DNA of 64,000 nt from a bacterium. Its GTDB lineage: Bacteria > Bacillota > Clostridia > Lachnospirales > Lachnospiraceae. Where the stretch lies: positions 35,843 to 99,842 of the forward strand of contig CAVGQQ010000002.1 of the NCBI GenBank assembly GCA_963631525.1, given 5' to 3'. The position numbers were made by a program, and so were the translations under genes. Position 1 is the first letter of the stretch, and every line of letters starts with the position of its first letter. Positions 9,473-19,011 of this stretch are shown here, piece after piece. The notes beneath the pieces are model-generated. The model was not told the origin of the DNA. It did no database searches and saw nothing but the letters and a program-made list of their open reading frames with translations.

Positions 9473-11116
9473 ATGGATATATATAGTGAAGTGGAAAAGA
9501 TAACAAAAGAAATGGTTGCCATTCCAAGTGTGAATGGAACTTCTGGCGAAAAGGATATTGGTGTTTATATTGAGAATTATCTGCGCAGTATTCCATATTT
9601 TGCAGAACATCCGGATCAAGTCATTGTAAAACCGTTAAAGGAGGATGCGCTTGGGAGAAGAAATGTATTTGCACTTTTAAAAGGCACGAAAGGTACCTCG
9701 AATCGGACGATTATTTTACATGGACATACAGATACGGTGGGCGTCGAGGATTTTGGTATTTTAAAAGAATATGCATTTGATCCAGACCGGTTATTACAGG
9801 AACTCCCGAAGGTACCGCTTCCAGAGGATGTCCGCAAAGATTTAGAAAGTGGAGATTATATGTTTGGACGGGGCTGTTGTGATATGCAGAGTGGCGACGC
9901 TGTATATATGGCGGTTGCCCGTGATCTGAGTACCCATTTGGAGGATCTGGATGGCAATTTGCTGTTATCTTTTAATCCGGTTGAGGAAAATATGCATACA
10001 GGCATGATCGAAGCGGTTGATTTTCTGATTGAACAGCGGGAAAAAAATGGGCTGAACTATTTGATGGCAATTAACAACGATTATACCTGTCCTTTATATG
10101 TGGGAGATACGCACCAGTATATATACACTGGAACAGTAGGAAAATTACTGCCATGTTTTTATATTCTTGGAAAGAATTCCCATGTTGGACAGTGCTTTGA
10201 GGGATTTGATGCATCTATGGTTGCGGCTGAGCTTGTAAAGCAGATCAATCTCAATACATTATTCTGTGATGCTTATGATAATGAATATTCCCTTCCGCCA
10301 TCTGTTTTAAAGATGAGAGATTTAAAGGATTTTTACAATGTGCAGACGGCACAGGAAGCATTTGTATATTTTAACTATTTTGTCCACAATGCCAGTGTGG
10401 AGGAAATCGTTGATAAATTAACAACAAGTGCAAAAACTGCACTGATTAAAGTTGAAGAGATCATTGAGACAGAATCGAAAAATTATTATGCACTTGCAGG
10501 GATGCATTACGAACGATTATCTTATCAGCCAATGGTTTATACATATGCACAGGTGTATGAGCTGGCAAAGGCGAATTACGAGGGAGATATCGATGCGATG
10601 CTGGATGCATATACAGAGTCTTTGCAGAAATCCGGGACAGACAGCCGGGATATTGCAATGCTTGTGACAAAGAAGGTTACTTCATATGCAAAGGTAAAAT
10701 CTCCTGCGATTGTGCTATTTTTCGCACCGCCATATTGTCCACATAATACGTTAAAATATGAGTGCCCGGAAGAAAAAGCATGTCTTAGTGAGTTGACAGA
10801 GCTTATTACAGAGTTTGGAGAAGAAGAGCAATTGGATTATAAAATTCTGCATTTCTTCCCAAGCCTGAGTGACAGCAGTTACCTGAAAGTAGACGATCCA
10901 CCAGCATCCAGAAAATTGCTGATGGAGAATTTTGTAAAGAAGGATCGTTTGTATCCAGTGGACTTTGATAAAATAGCAGATTTGAATGTATTTGCAATCA
11001 ACTTCGGTACCTATGGAAAAGATGCACATCAGTGGACCGAACGAGTATATAAACCATACACTTTTGGAACCTTGCCGAAGTTGGTCGAGAAAGCGATTTA
11101 TCGTTTTCTTGGATAA
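9473..11116 (+). CDS. rocB: M20 family metallohydrolase, arginine utilization protein RocB-like
   Basis: HGHTDTV, FGRGCCDM, PVEE, IYTGTVGKLLP, SHVGQCFEG, FFPSLSDSSY, GKDAHQWTER; 547 aa. Confidence 0.8.
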   Translation: MDIYSEVEKITKEMVAIPSVNGTSGEKDIGVYIENYLRSIPYFAEHPDQVIVKPLKEDALGRRNVFALLKGTKGTSNRTIILHGHTDTVGVEDFGILKEYAFDPDRLLQELPKVPLPEDVRKDLESGDYMFGRGCCDMQSGDAVYMAVARDLSTHLEDLDGNLLLSFNPVEENMHTGMIEAVDFLIEQREKNGLNYLMAINNDYTCPLYVGDTHQYIYTGTVGKLLPCFYILGKNSHVGQCFEGFDASMVAAELVKQINLNTLFCDAYDNEYSLPPSVLKMRDLKDFYNVQTAQEAFVYFNYFVHNASVEEIVDKLTTSAKTALIKVEEIIETESKNYYALAGMHYERLSYQPMVYTYAQVYELAKANYEGDIDAMLDAYTESLQKSGTDSRDIAMLVTKKVTSYAKVKSPAIVLFFAPPYCPHNTLKYECPEEKACLSELTELITEFGEEEQLDYKILHFFPSLSDSSYLKVDDPPASRKLLMENFVKKDRLYPVDFDKIADLNVFAINFGTYGKDAHQWTERVYKPYTFGTLPKLVEKAIYRFLG

Positions 11117-11135
11117 TCCCCCTCTTCTCACGTGT

Positions 11136-11169
11136 AGGACTGCGCGACTTTACCCGTGCAGTCCTTTTT
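11136..11169 (+). terminator. Rho-independent terminator
   Basis: AGGACTGCGCG...CGTGCAGTCCT followed by TTTT. Confidence 0.7.
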
Positions 11170-11170
11170 A

Positions 11171-11199
11171 AGTGACAAAACTGTCACTTAGTTTGTCAC
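11171..11199 (+). promoter_or_regulatory. Putative response-regulator box AGTGACA-N4-TGTCACT plus an extra TGTCAC half-site
   Basis: Perfect 7-bp inverted repeat upstream of TATAAT (11221); resembles BceR-type TNACA-N4-TGTAA boxes. Confidence 0.55.
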
Positions 11200-11290
11200 G
11201 CCCCCGTAATGTATGTTCGATATAATGTATGTGTAAGCACAGGAAGTCTGTACTTACACATATTTTTTTGATTAACTACGGGGGAGCGAT

Positions 11291-13513
11291 ATGGAAAACT
11301 ACACCAAACTTTCAATCAAATATCTAAAGTTTCAGAAAAAGCGAACCATCCTGACGATCTTGGGTGTTGCCTTAGCGGCGGGAATTCTGTTCGTGATATT
11401 AACCTTGTATTTTAGTAATTTCATCAATACGCGCGATGCGCTTCGCAAGCAGGCGGATTACGAGATCGTGCTTCTGCCGGAGCAAAATCAGGATGTCTCG
11501 GCATTGCTCAAACAGGATTTTGTGAAGAGTGCATATCGTGGCAAATACTACGATTATTATTCGAATGCCTATATTGAAAATGCAATCTACATCAACGTGA
11601 AAAATCCTTACCGGCTGGATGCAAATAAGGAAACCATCGAGCAGACGTATGGTGTGAAAGCACAACTCAATCAACAGCTTGCGGCGTATTATCTGCAGGG
11701 TGATACTGGAAATGATACATATATTATTCTCCTGATGTTTCTGTTTTTGTCGTTCGTGATCGCGGTCATCGGTGTCGGAATCATCCGGACGACGATCCAG
11801 TTGAATACGATGGAGCAGATCAAGGATTACGGAATCCTGCGCTGCATCGGAGCAACACAAGGTCAGCTAAGAAGCATTATATTCCGGATGGGATGCATAC
11901 AGGAGTTGCTTGGAATCCTTGGCGGAGTCGTGATCGGCTTCCCGATTGCATATCTCGTTGGGTTATCGATGAGTATCAAGGTTCGCCCACATGTGCTTCC
12001 ATTTCTGTATGTGCTGATTGTCTTTATCGGAGATCTGTTCTTCGTCATGGATGAGAATGGAAAACTCGTAAAGAAGATTACGCCGATTGAGGCGGTGCGT
12101 GGACAAATGAGTGGAACACGGAAGGTTAAAGGACGCAAGCAAAGCATTTTCGGAAAGCTCTTCGGCGTGCAGGGGGATTATGCATACAAGAATCTGATGA
12201 GCAACAAGCGTCGGTTCCTGAAGACGATTGCGACATTTGCCTTATCAATCGCGGCATTTATCACGATCGCGACAATCTTCACTTCGTTTGTGCAGATGCA
12301 GAAGCAGATTGCACCATCCTATGGCGAGTATCAGGTGTATTTCTTCAATCAGGCAAATGATGAACAAACTGTGGATGCAGTGAAATCGGAACTTCCAAAC
12401 GAGGAGACGCTTACGGAAATTGCACAGAACAAAGAGGTGACGGATGTGAAGGCAGTGTACGCAGCGTCTATGGAGGCTGTAGATTATGATGAGTTCCGGT
12501 CACATTTCACAGAAGATTTCCAGAAGGAAACGATGCAGGGAGAGGTCATTGCGCGAATAAAAGAGAGTGAAAAATATAAGGATAAGGCAGCACCGTCTGA
12601 CCGTGCGAGCGTGATTGGATACGGAGAGGAAGAGTATCGGGAATATGAGTCTTATCTCGTCGAAGGAACGCTGGATGTCGATGAGAACGGAATCGTATTT
12701 GTACAGAATATCGAAGCAACACTTCAGGAAGAGGTGGAGGATGATTCTTATGATGCGATTGATCTGATTACATCAACTGTGGAATATCCGGCGACGGATT
12801 ATAAGCTTGGCGACACGATCGAGCTGAAATGGGGAAATGAGAAGAAAACATATGAGATTCAGGGCATTGTCCGGATTGATAAGGATAAATTACAGACGCA
12901 GGGATTTGTAAAGTGCATCGTTCCACTGACGAACTATTTGCAGATGACTGGTCTTGGAAAATCAGATTCTACGGGCGTGAAATACAAGCTCCGTTCGGAT
13001 AACATTTCCGCTTCGATGACATCGAAGCTGGTGAGCGTGCTGGATAACTCAATGGGGGATTACTCATATCCAGATGCGATCTATTCCGGAGCATTGTTTA
13101 GTACATCGATCAGCGCAATCAAATATATTCTGGCGTTTGTCATTGTAATCCTGAGTGTGAGCTCTTTGAATATCGTCAATACGACGGCGAGCAACCTCTA
13201 CCTGCGGCGGCAGGAATTCGCACAGCTTCGGGCAATCGGCGTGTCGGTGCGGGAGCTTCGGAAGATGGTAATGCTCGAAGGTGTGATCTCTGTTATCTGT
13301 GCGAATATCGTCGGTGATGTGCTTGGATTTGCAGTTATGATGCCGCTTGCCAGAGCTGCACTGGTGCTGTTCATGGTAAAGCTGACATTCCCGGTTATCG
13401 GCGCGGTGATTGGACTTGTGCTTTCGGTACTTGTCATGTGTGGATCGATTTATATACCAATGAAGCGGATGACGAACCGGATTGCAGATGATTTGAATGC
13501 AGCCGGAGATTGA
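11291..13513 (+). CDS. FtsX-like ABC exporter permease (two FtsX domains)
   Basis: KRTILTILGV, YGILRCIGAT, RRQEFAQLRAIG. Confidence 0.9.
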   Translation: MENYTKLSIKYLKFQKKRTILTILGVALAAGILFVILTLYFSNFINTRDALRKQADYEIVLLPEQNQDVSALLKQDFVKSAYRGKYYDYYSNAYIENAIYINVKNPYRLDANKETIEQTYGVKAQLNQQLAAYYLQGDTGNDTYIILLMFLFLSFVIAVIGVGIIRTTIQLNTMEQIKDYGILRCIGATQGQLRSIIFRMGCIQELLGILGGVVIGFPIAYLVGLSMSIKVRPHVLPFLYVLIVFIGDLFFVMDENGKLVKKITPIEAVRGQMSGTRKVKGRKQSIFGKLFGVQGDYAYKNLMSNKRRFLKTIATFALSIAAFITIATIFTSFVQMQKQIAPSYGEYQVYFFNQANDEQTVDAVKSELPNEETLTEIAQNKEVTDVKAVYAASMEAVDYDEFRSHFTEDFQKETMQGEVIARIKESEKYKDKAAPSDRASVIGYGEEEYREYESYLVEGTLDVDENGIVFVQNIEATLQEEVEDDSYDAIDLITSTVEYPATDYKLGDTIELKWGNEKKTYEIQGIVRIDKDKLQTQGFVKCIVPLTNYLQMTGLGKSDSTGVKYKLRSDNISASMTSKLVSVLDNSMGDYSYPDAIYSGALFSTSISAIKYILAFVIVILSVSSLNIVNTTASNLYLRRQEFAQLRAIGVSVRELRKMVMLEGVISVICANIVGDVLGFAVMMPLARAALVLFMVKLTFPVIGAVIGLVLSVLVMCGSIYIPMKRMTNRIADDLNAAGD

Positions 13514-13550
13514 TTGGAGCTTGGTTGAGGCTGGATTGGAGCAGGATTTG

Positions 13551-13846
13551 AGCTGGATTGGGGAGAAAAGCTGAAATAGAGGAAAATTCCCCAATGCGGA
13601 GAAGAAAGAAGCAAGCTGAATTGGGGCAAAATGTTGAAATAGAGGAAAATCCCCCAATGCAGGGTAGAGAGAAGCGAGTTGAATTGGGGTAAAAAGCAGA
13701 AATAGAAGAAAATCCCCCAATGCAGAGGAAAGAAAAGCAAGCTAAATTGGGTGAAAAGCTGAAATAGAGAAAAATCCCCCAATGCAGAGAAGAAAGACGC
13801 AAGATGAATTGGGTAAGAAGTTGAAAAATAGAGAAATTGCTCCAAT
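13551..13846. repeat. Degenerate tandem array of ~63-bp units (about 4.7 copies), each with internal ATTGGG(G)...CCCCAAT inverted repeat
   Basis: Unit starts at 13551, 13614, 13677, 13740, 13802. Confidence 0.9.
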
Positions 13847-13885
13847 AAAGGGAGTAACACAATAAAAATCAGGAGGGAAAACAAC

Positions 13886-14554
13886 ATGGATATTGTAAAG
13901 ATGGAACATGTCACGAAGATATATGGAAGCGGAGACACACGGGTTTGGGCGCTCGATGATGTGAATCTGACCGTGCAAAAAGGAGAAAGTCTGGCAGTGG
14001 TCGGAGCGTCTGGCTCCGGCAAGTCCACACTGCTGCATGTCATGGGAGGTGTCGACACGGTTACGAGTGGAAAGGTAATCGTGGACGACCGGGATATCAC
14101 GACATTGAAGGATGAGGAAATGTCAGTGTTCCGTCGGAGAAAGATTGGATTTGTATTTCAGTCGTATCATCTGATTCCGGTTCTTACCGTGGAAGAGAAT
14201 ATTCAGATGCCGATTCTGTTAGACCACAAGAAGCCGGATCGGGAATACATCGACCATATTATTGAGATGCTCGGCTTGAAGGATCGACGGAAGCATCTGC
14301 CGAACCAGTTGTCCGGTGGACAGCAGCAGCGTGCGGCAATCGCGCGAGCGCTTGCAAACCGTCCATCTCTGATTCTTGCCGATGAACCGACCGGAGCGCT
14401 TGATTCCACAAATGGAAATGAAGTTATGGCGTTACTGCAGGACTCAGTCAAGAAACTGAATCAGACACTTGTGCTGATCACACATAACATCGATCTTGCC
14501 AGAGAGGCGGATCGCATCGTGCGAATCACGGATGGCAAGTTGACAGAGGAGTAA
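13886..14554 (+). CDS. ABC transporter ATP-binding protein (LolD/MacB-like)
   Basis: [27 protein letters not shown]. Confidence 0.95.
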   Translation: MDIVKMEHVTKIYGSGDTRVWALDDVNLTVQKGESLAVVGASGSGKSTLLHVMGGVDTVTSGKVIVDDRDITTLKDEEMSVFRRRKIGFVFQSYHLIPVLTVEENIQMPILLDHKKPDREYIDHIIEMLGLKDRRKHLPNQLSGGQQQRAAIARALANRPSLILADEPTGALDSTNGNEVMALLQDSVKKLNQTLVLITHNIDLAREADRIVRITDGKLTEE

Positions 14555-14620
14555 AAGACAAGCTGAAAAGATGTGTAGCAACTTGATAAAGTTGCGTGGC
14601 AATATAGAAAAAGGGAGAAA

Positions 14621-15556
14621 ATGATGATGACAAAAAGCAGGATAAAAAAACACAGGTCTTGGACGGCAATCGCTGTAGCTTTGTTGATGATCGTAAGCAT
14701 AGTCGCAAACGTATGTCCGTATTCCGCACAGGCGGCGACACCGAAGGTGCTGGTTTCCAATTACAAAGTATCGGCAACGACGATTTATTCCGGAGATAGC
14801 TTTGATCTGACTTTGGAGATTCAGAACACTTCCAAGAACAAAGTCAGAAACATGAAGGTCACAGTCGCTTCGGAGGGTGGCGAGATTATTCCGGTTTCTG
14901 GAACCGGAAGCGCATATGTGGCAGAGATTGCCGGAAATGAGACGAGCGAGCAGACATTTTCCATGCAGGCGGCAGCAGGACTTGCAGAGAAGACATACAA
15001 GCTTTCGGTGAAGATGGAGTATGAGAATATTTCCGGCGAGGCATTTGAGATGGAGGATACGTTGTATCTGCCCGTGTATCTGAAGCAGCGTGTATCTGTG
15101 ACAGATGTCATGACAGATGATGCGAAGGTCGGCGACGATGTGGAGATCACCGCGCAGGTCAACAACCTTGGCGAGGGTATGCTCTACAATGTAAATGCCC
15201 GCGTGGAAGGAAAACACGTGGAAAAGCAGGAGACATACATCGGCAATATCGACACCGGAAAAAGCGGCAACGTAGACCTTCTGGCAAAGGCAGTCATGGT
15301 GACTGATTTTGAAGAAATGGCGAAGGCAGAGGATTGGATCATCGTGACCTACGAAGACCGGAATGGTAACAAGCACGAAGAAAAGGTGGATGTATCTTTC
15401 TACATTGAGACAGTCGATTACGAAGATCTGGAAGTACTGAAGGAAGCACCGGAGAAGACCGGCCCTGCCACATGGCAGATCATTCTGATCTGCGTCTGCG
15501 TACTTGCAGTCGGTGTATTCGCGGGTGTAACTATCAATAAAAAGCGTTCAAGATAA
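14621..15556 (+). CDS. Membrane-anchored Ig-like/CARDB (COG1361-like) protein
   Basis: Signal peptide ending AQA, beta-rich repeats (GDSFDLTLEIQN, VNNLGEG, YIGNID), C-terminal TM plus KKRSR. Confidence 0.65.
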   Translation: MMMTKSRIKKHRSWTAIAVALLMIVSIVANVCPYSAQAATPKVLVSNYKVSATTIYSGDSFDLTLEIQNTSKNKVRNMKVTVASEGGEIIPVSGTGSAYVAEIAGNETSEQTFSMQAAAGLAEKTYKLSVKMEYENISGEAFEMEDTLYLPVYLKQRVSVTDVMTDDAKVGDDVEITAQVNNLGEGMLYNVNARVEGKHVEKQETYIGNIDTGKSGNVDLLAKAVMVTDFEEMAKAEDWIIVTYEDRNGNKHEEKVDVSFYIETVDYEDLEVLKEAPEKTGPATWQIILICVCVLAVGVFAGVTINKKRSR

Positions 15557-15562
15557 GGTGAA

Positions 15563-16858
15563 ATGGAGGAATCCATGAAATTTATCATGCATTTAACAAT
15601 TCAAAATATCAAGCGCAGAAGAGCGCGAACTATCCTGACTCTCCTTGGCGTGATGATCGGTGTGGTAGCGGTTGTCTCTCTGCTGTCGCTCGGAATGGGC
15701 GTGAAACGGGAACTCCTGCAAGGCTATGGTGATGATGCTTCGATTCGGCAGATCACCGCGCAGATGCAGGAGAACAACCAGAACAAAAAAATGCTCCTGA
15801 CCGACCATACCATAGAGAAACTTGCAAAGCTTGACAAAGTCGCGAATGTCTATCCGCGCTATGAAGTATTTGCGAATATTCAGGTCGGACAATATACAGC
15901 CTATACGAATCTGGTCGGTATCCCTTCGGAGCAGTTATCTGCAATCGCGCTGACCGATGCATCCAGTCTGTCGGAGCATGCCCGGAAACCAGAGATGGTG
16001 ATCGGAAATGCGATGGGATATATGTTCTTCCATGACAACACTATGACCAGCTATCAGGATGGCGATGGGGACTTGAATAAGTGGATTGGGGAGAAAGCAA
16101 AGGTCTCACTTGGACTTGGCGAAAATGAGATCACAGATCGTCTGACGATTGCAGGTGTGATGCAGGGGGATGTGGATGCTTTCAGCGAGCAGTCCCAGAC
16201 GGTGTATTGTGACTTGGATGTGCTACGCTCCTATTTGAAGAAGCATGCGGCGCAGGGAAGCGTCGTGCTTGGACAGCCGGTCGATAAGAACGGAAATGCG
16301 TATACCTCGTGGGTGTACTCAAGCGTAGTTGTCGAAGTTGGCAAGATGGAAGACGTTGAGTTTGTTGTCAAGAAATTACAGGATATGGGGTATCAGACAA
16401 CAAATATGAAGGAATACCGTGATACCGCGATGCGTACCGTGCGGATGTTAGAGCTGCTGTTAGGAGGCATCGGACTCATTTCCTTCCTCGTTGCGGCAAT
16501 TGGTATCAGCAACACAATGACAACTGCCGTTTATGACCGGGTTGCCGAGATTGGAACTTTGAAGGTGCTCGGCTGTGAGAAGCGCGAATTGATGGCGATG
16601 ATCTTATTGGAAGCAGGGATTTATGGACTTGTCGGAGGCGCGTGTGGCGTGCTGTTATCGCTGCTTTTTGGAAAGATTATCAACCGGATCGCGGTATCGG
16701 CATTGCTTTTAGAAGCAGGCACGAAGATTGCTGTGATCACGCCAAAGCTTGCATTATCGGCAGTCGGAATGGCGATGTTACTTGGAACAATTGCAGGTTA
16801 TTTCCCATCACGATGGGCGGCAAAGTTATCACCGCTTACGGCGATGCGGAGAGATTGA
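15563..16858 (+). CDS. MacB/FtsX-family ABC permease
   Basis: RTILTLLGVMIGV, GISNTM, EIGTLKVLG, YFPSRWAAKLSP. Confidence 0.9.
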   Translation: MEESMKFIMHLTIQNIKRRRARTILTLLGVMIGVVAVVSLLSLGMGVKRELLQGYGDDASIRQITAQMQENNQNKKMLLTDHTIEKLAKLDKVANVYPRYEVFANIQVGQYTAYTNLVGIPSEQLSAIALTDASSLSEHARKPEMVIGNAMGYMFFHDNTMTSYQDGDGDLNKWIGEKAKVSLGLGENEITDRLTIAGVMQGDVDAFSEQSQTVYCDLDVLRSYLKKHAAQGSVVLGQPVDKNGNAYTSWVYSSVVVEVGKMEDVEFVVKKLQDMGYQTTNMKEYRDTAMRTVRMLELLLGGIGLISFLVAAIGISNTMTTAVYDRVAEIGTLKVLGCEKRELMAMILLEAGIYGLVGGACGVLLSLLFGKIINRIAVSALLLEAGTKIAVITPKLALSAVGMAMLLGTIAGYFPSRWAAKLSPLTAMRRD

Positions 16859-16972
16859 TAAATAAGAAATGTGACGTATCATCTGAAATGGTGGTGCGTC
16901 TTTTTCATATTGATGATATAATAACCAATATGGTTGGTAAATTATGAAGTAATATAGAAGGAATCGGGGATT

Positions 16973-17662
16973 ATGGCACATAAGATATTGATGGTGGAGG
17001 ACGATTTCGCCCTCGCAATGGGAACGGAATATGCGCTTACTTCGGAGGGCTATGCGGTGGCAACCGCGGGGAATCTGGCACAGGCACGTGAGAAATTCGA
17101 CGATAGCATCGACCTTGTGCTGTTGGATGTGATGCTGCCGGATGGAACGGGATTTGAGTTTTGCAAGGAACTTCGTGAGAAGAAAAGCGATGTACCGATT
17201 ATATTTCTGACGGCGGTTGCAGAGGAAGCAAATATTGTCCAAGGACTGGAACTGGGGGCGGACGATTATGTGACGAAACCGTATCGCGTGAAGGAATTGC
17301 TGGCGCGGGTAGCAGTGAATATCCGGCGTTATGCGCAGGCACGGCAGACGAGCCAAGAAAATAGCAATCGTGTTGTGACATTTGGAAATACGACCTTCGA
17401 CGGTGAAGCATTTGTTCTGACACAGCATGGTGAGAAGCTTGATTGTACGACGAGCGAGCTGCGTTTGTTACGGTTTTTATTGCAGCACCGTGGACAGGTA
17501 ATCAGCCGGAGTGCAATCATGGAACAGCTCTATGATATTGATGGAGAATTCTTTGAGGACAATACACTTTCGGTTTATATCAAACGGCTTCGACAGAAGC
17601 TGGGCGAGGATGGTACATACATTGAGACAGTGCGTGGAATGGGATACCGCTTCCGCAAGTGA
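16973..17662 (+). CDS. OmpR-family response regulator
   Basis: VEDD, LLDVMLPDG, GADDYVTKP, IETVRGMGY. Confidence 0.95.
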   Translation: MAHKILMVEDDFALAMGTEYALTSEGYAVATAGNLAQAREKFDDSIDLVLLDVMLPDGTGFEFCKELREKKSDVPIIFLTAVAEEANIVQGLELGADDYVTKPYRVKELLARVAVNIRRYAQARQTSQENSNRVVTFGNTTFDGEAFVLTQHGEKLDCTTSELRLLRFLLQHRGQVISRSAIMEQLYDIDGEFFEDNTLSVYIKRLRQKLGEDGTYIETVRGMGYRFRK

Positions 17663-17717
17663 TTGTGAGTATACATGTGGGTGATAGAGTTCGAAGGTAA
17701 ACTGTAAAAATATAGAT

Positions 17718-18755
17718 ATGCAGGCAAAAAGTTACGAATTACAACAATTTCATAAACGATTTTTCATGTACGGTGGGATTGCGTACATTGTCTATGCAGC
17801 TTTTGCTGCATTAGTTCTGTGGTTGCGTGGCTGGCAGTTATGGGTGACACTGTTGCTTGGCTGTCTGCTGCTTGGAAGTGCCTATGTGGCAGGGCGTCGT
17901 TCGATCGGCACCATGAGCCGGGAGCTGCGGGCAATCGTCGATATCATGAATCAGATTCTCGAAGCACCAGAACAGGTTCCGGCAGAACCATATAAGCAGG
18001 GCGAGCTTGGAGAACTATATACGAATCTGTACAAGCTGGTGCAGGCATTAAAGGAGAGTAACCGCAAGGAGCAGGAGGAAAAAATCTTTTTGCGGGATAT
18101 TATGTCGGATATTTCCCATCAGTTGAAAACACCGCTTGCGTCGCTCACGGTATTTCTGGATCTTTTATATGACGGGCGTGTGCCAGATGTAGATAAGCAG
18201 AAGCAGATGCTCTTAGAATCGAAGAATCAGGTCAGCCGGATGGAGTGGATGGTACTGTCCATGTTGAAGCTTGCGCGTATCGAGGCAGGCGCTATCCAGT
18301 TTGAGAAGCGTCCGTGCAGCCTGTATGCGCTTGTGGCACAGGCGAAGGAGAGTGTTGCATATCTGACGGAGAAACGCGGGCAGCAGATTGACGTACAGAT
18401 CGACGAGAAACAGATGCTTGTCTGCGACGGAGATTGGCTGACCGAAGCAATCATTAATTTGCTGAAAAATGCATCGGACTATTCCGGCGAGCAGACAACC
18501 ATTCATATCTGGACTGAAGACAATCCGATGTACACGCGTATTTATGTGAAGGATGAGGGTTGCGGCATCGCGGAGTCCGAACTTAAAAATATATTCAAAC
18601 GCTTCTATCGTATCAACAAAGAGGTCAATCCGAACAGTGTCGGAATCGGTCTTTCCCTGACGAAATCCATTGTTGAGGGCATGGGCGGTAAGATCTCAGT
18701 ACGAAGCGAGCTTGGCAGCTATACGCAGTTTATTCTGACGTTTGTGCATACATAA
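17718..18755 (+). CDS. Intramembrane-sensing-type histidine kinase
   Basis: Two adjacent TM helices with almost no external loop, SHQLKTPL, NLLKNA, DEGCGI, GIGL. Confidence 0.93.
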   Translation: MQAKSYELQQFHKRFFMYGGIAYIVYAAFAALVLWLRGWQLWVTLLLGCLLLGSAYVAGRRSIGTMSRELRAIVDIMNQILEAPEQVPAEPYKQGELGELYTNLYKLVQALKESNRKEQEEKIFLRDIMSDISHQLKTPLASLTVFLDLLYDGRVPDVDKQKQMLLESKNQVSRMEWMVLSMLKLARIEAGAIQFEKRPCSLYALVAQAKESVAYLTEKRGQQIDVQIDEKQMLVCDGDWLTEAIINLLKNASDYSGEQTTIHIWTEDNPMYTRIYVKDEGCGIAESELKNIFKRFYRINKEVNPNSVGIGLSLTKSIVEGMGGKISVRSELGSYTQFILTFVHT

Positions 18756-19011
18756 ATATATTCGAGGGTATGTAGTTATTTTCTTCACAAAAACTCTTGC
18801 CATTTTCCCTATGCTATGTTACTTTAAATAAAAGCATTAGATTTCAAATTCTATTTTATGGGAAACCATATCTAATATTCTTAGAATCCAAGAACTTCGA
18901 TGCTTTGAATTCACATTACAACATAAGCAGAGAGGAAATGGACTTTTGGGAATAAAGCATAGTTGTTTTCTCCTGCGCAGCGAGCAATAAGCTCAGAAAA
19001 GGAGGAACAGC

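Noticed and set aside
13551..13846. CRISPR array
   Set aside because: Whole 63-bp units are homologous; there are no unique spacers, no invariant repeat and no cas genes.
13064..14100. Minus-strand repetitive ORFs (LHWGIF...)
   Set aside because: Shadows of the purine-rich repeat array; they overlap real plus-strand genes and lack RBSs.
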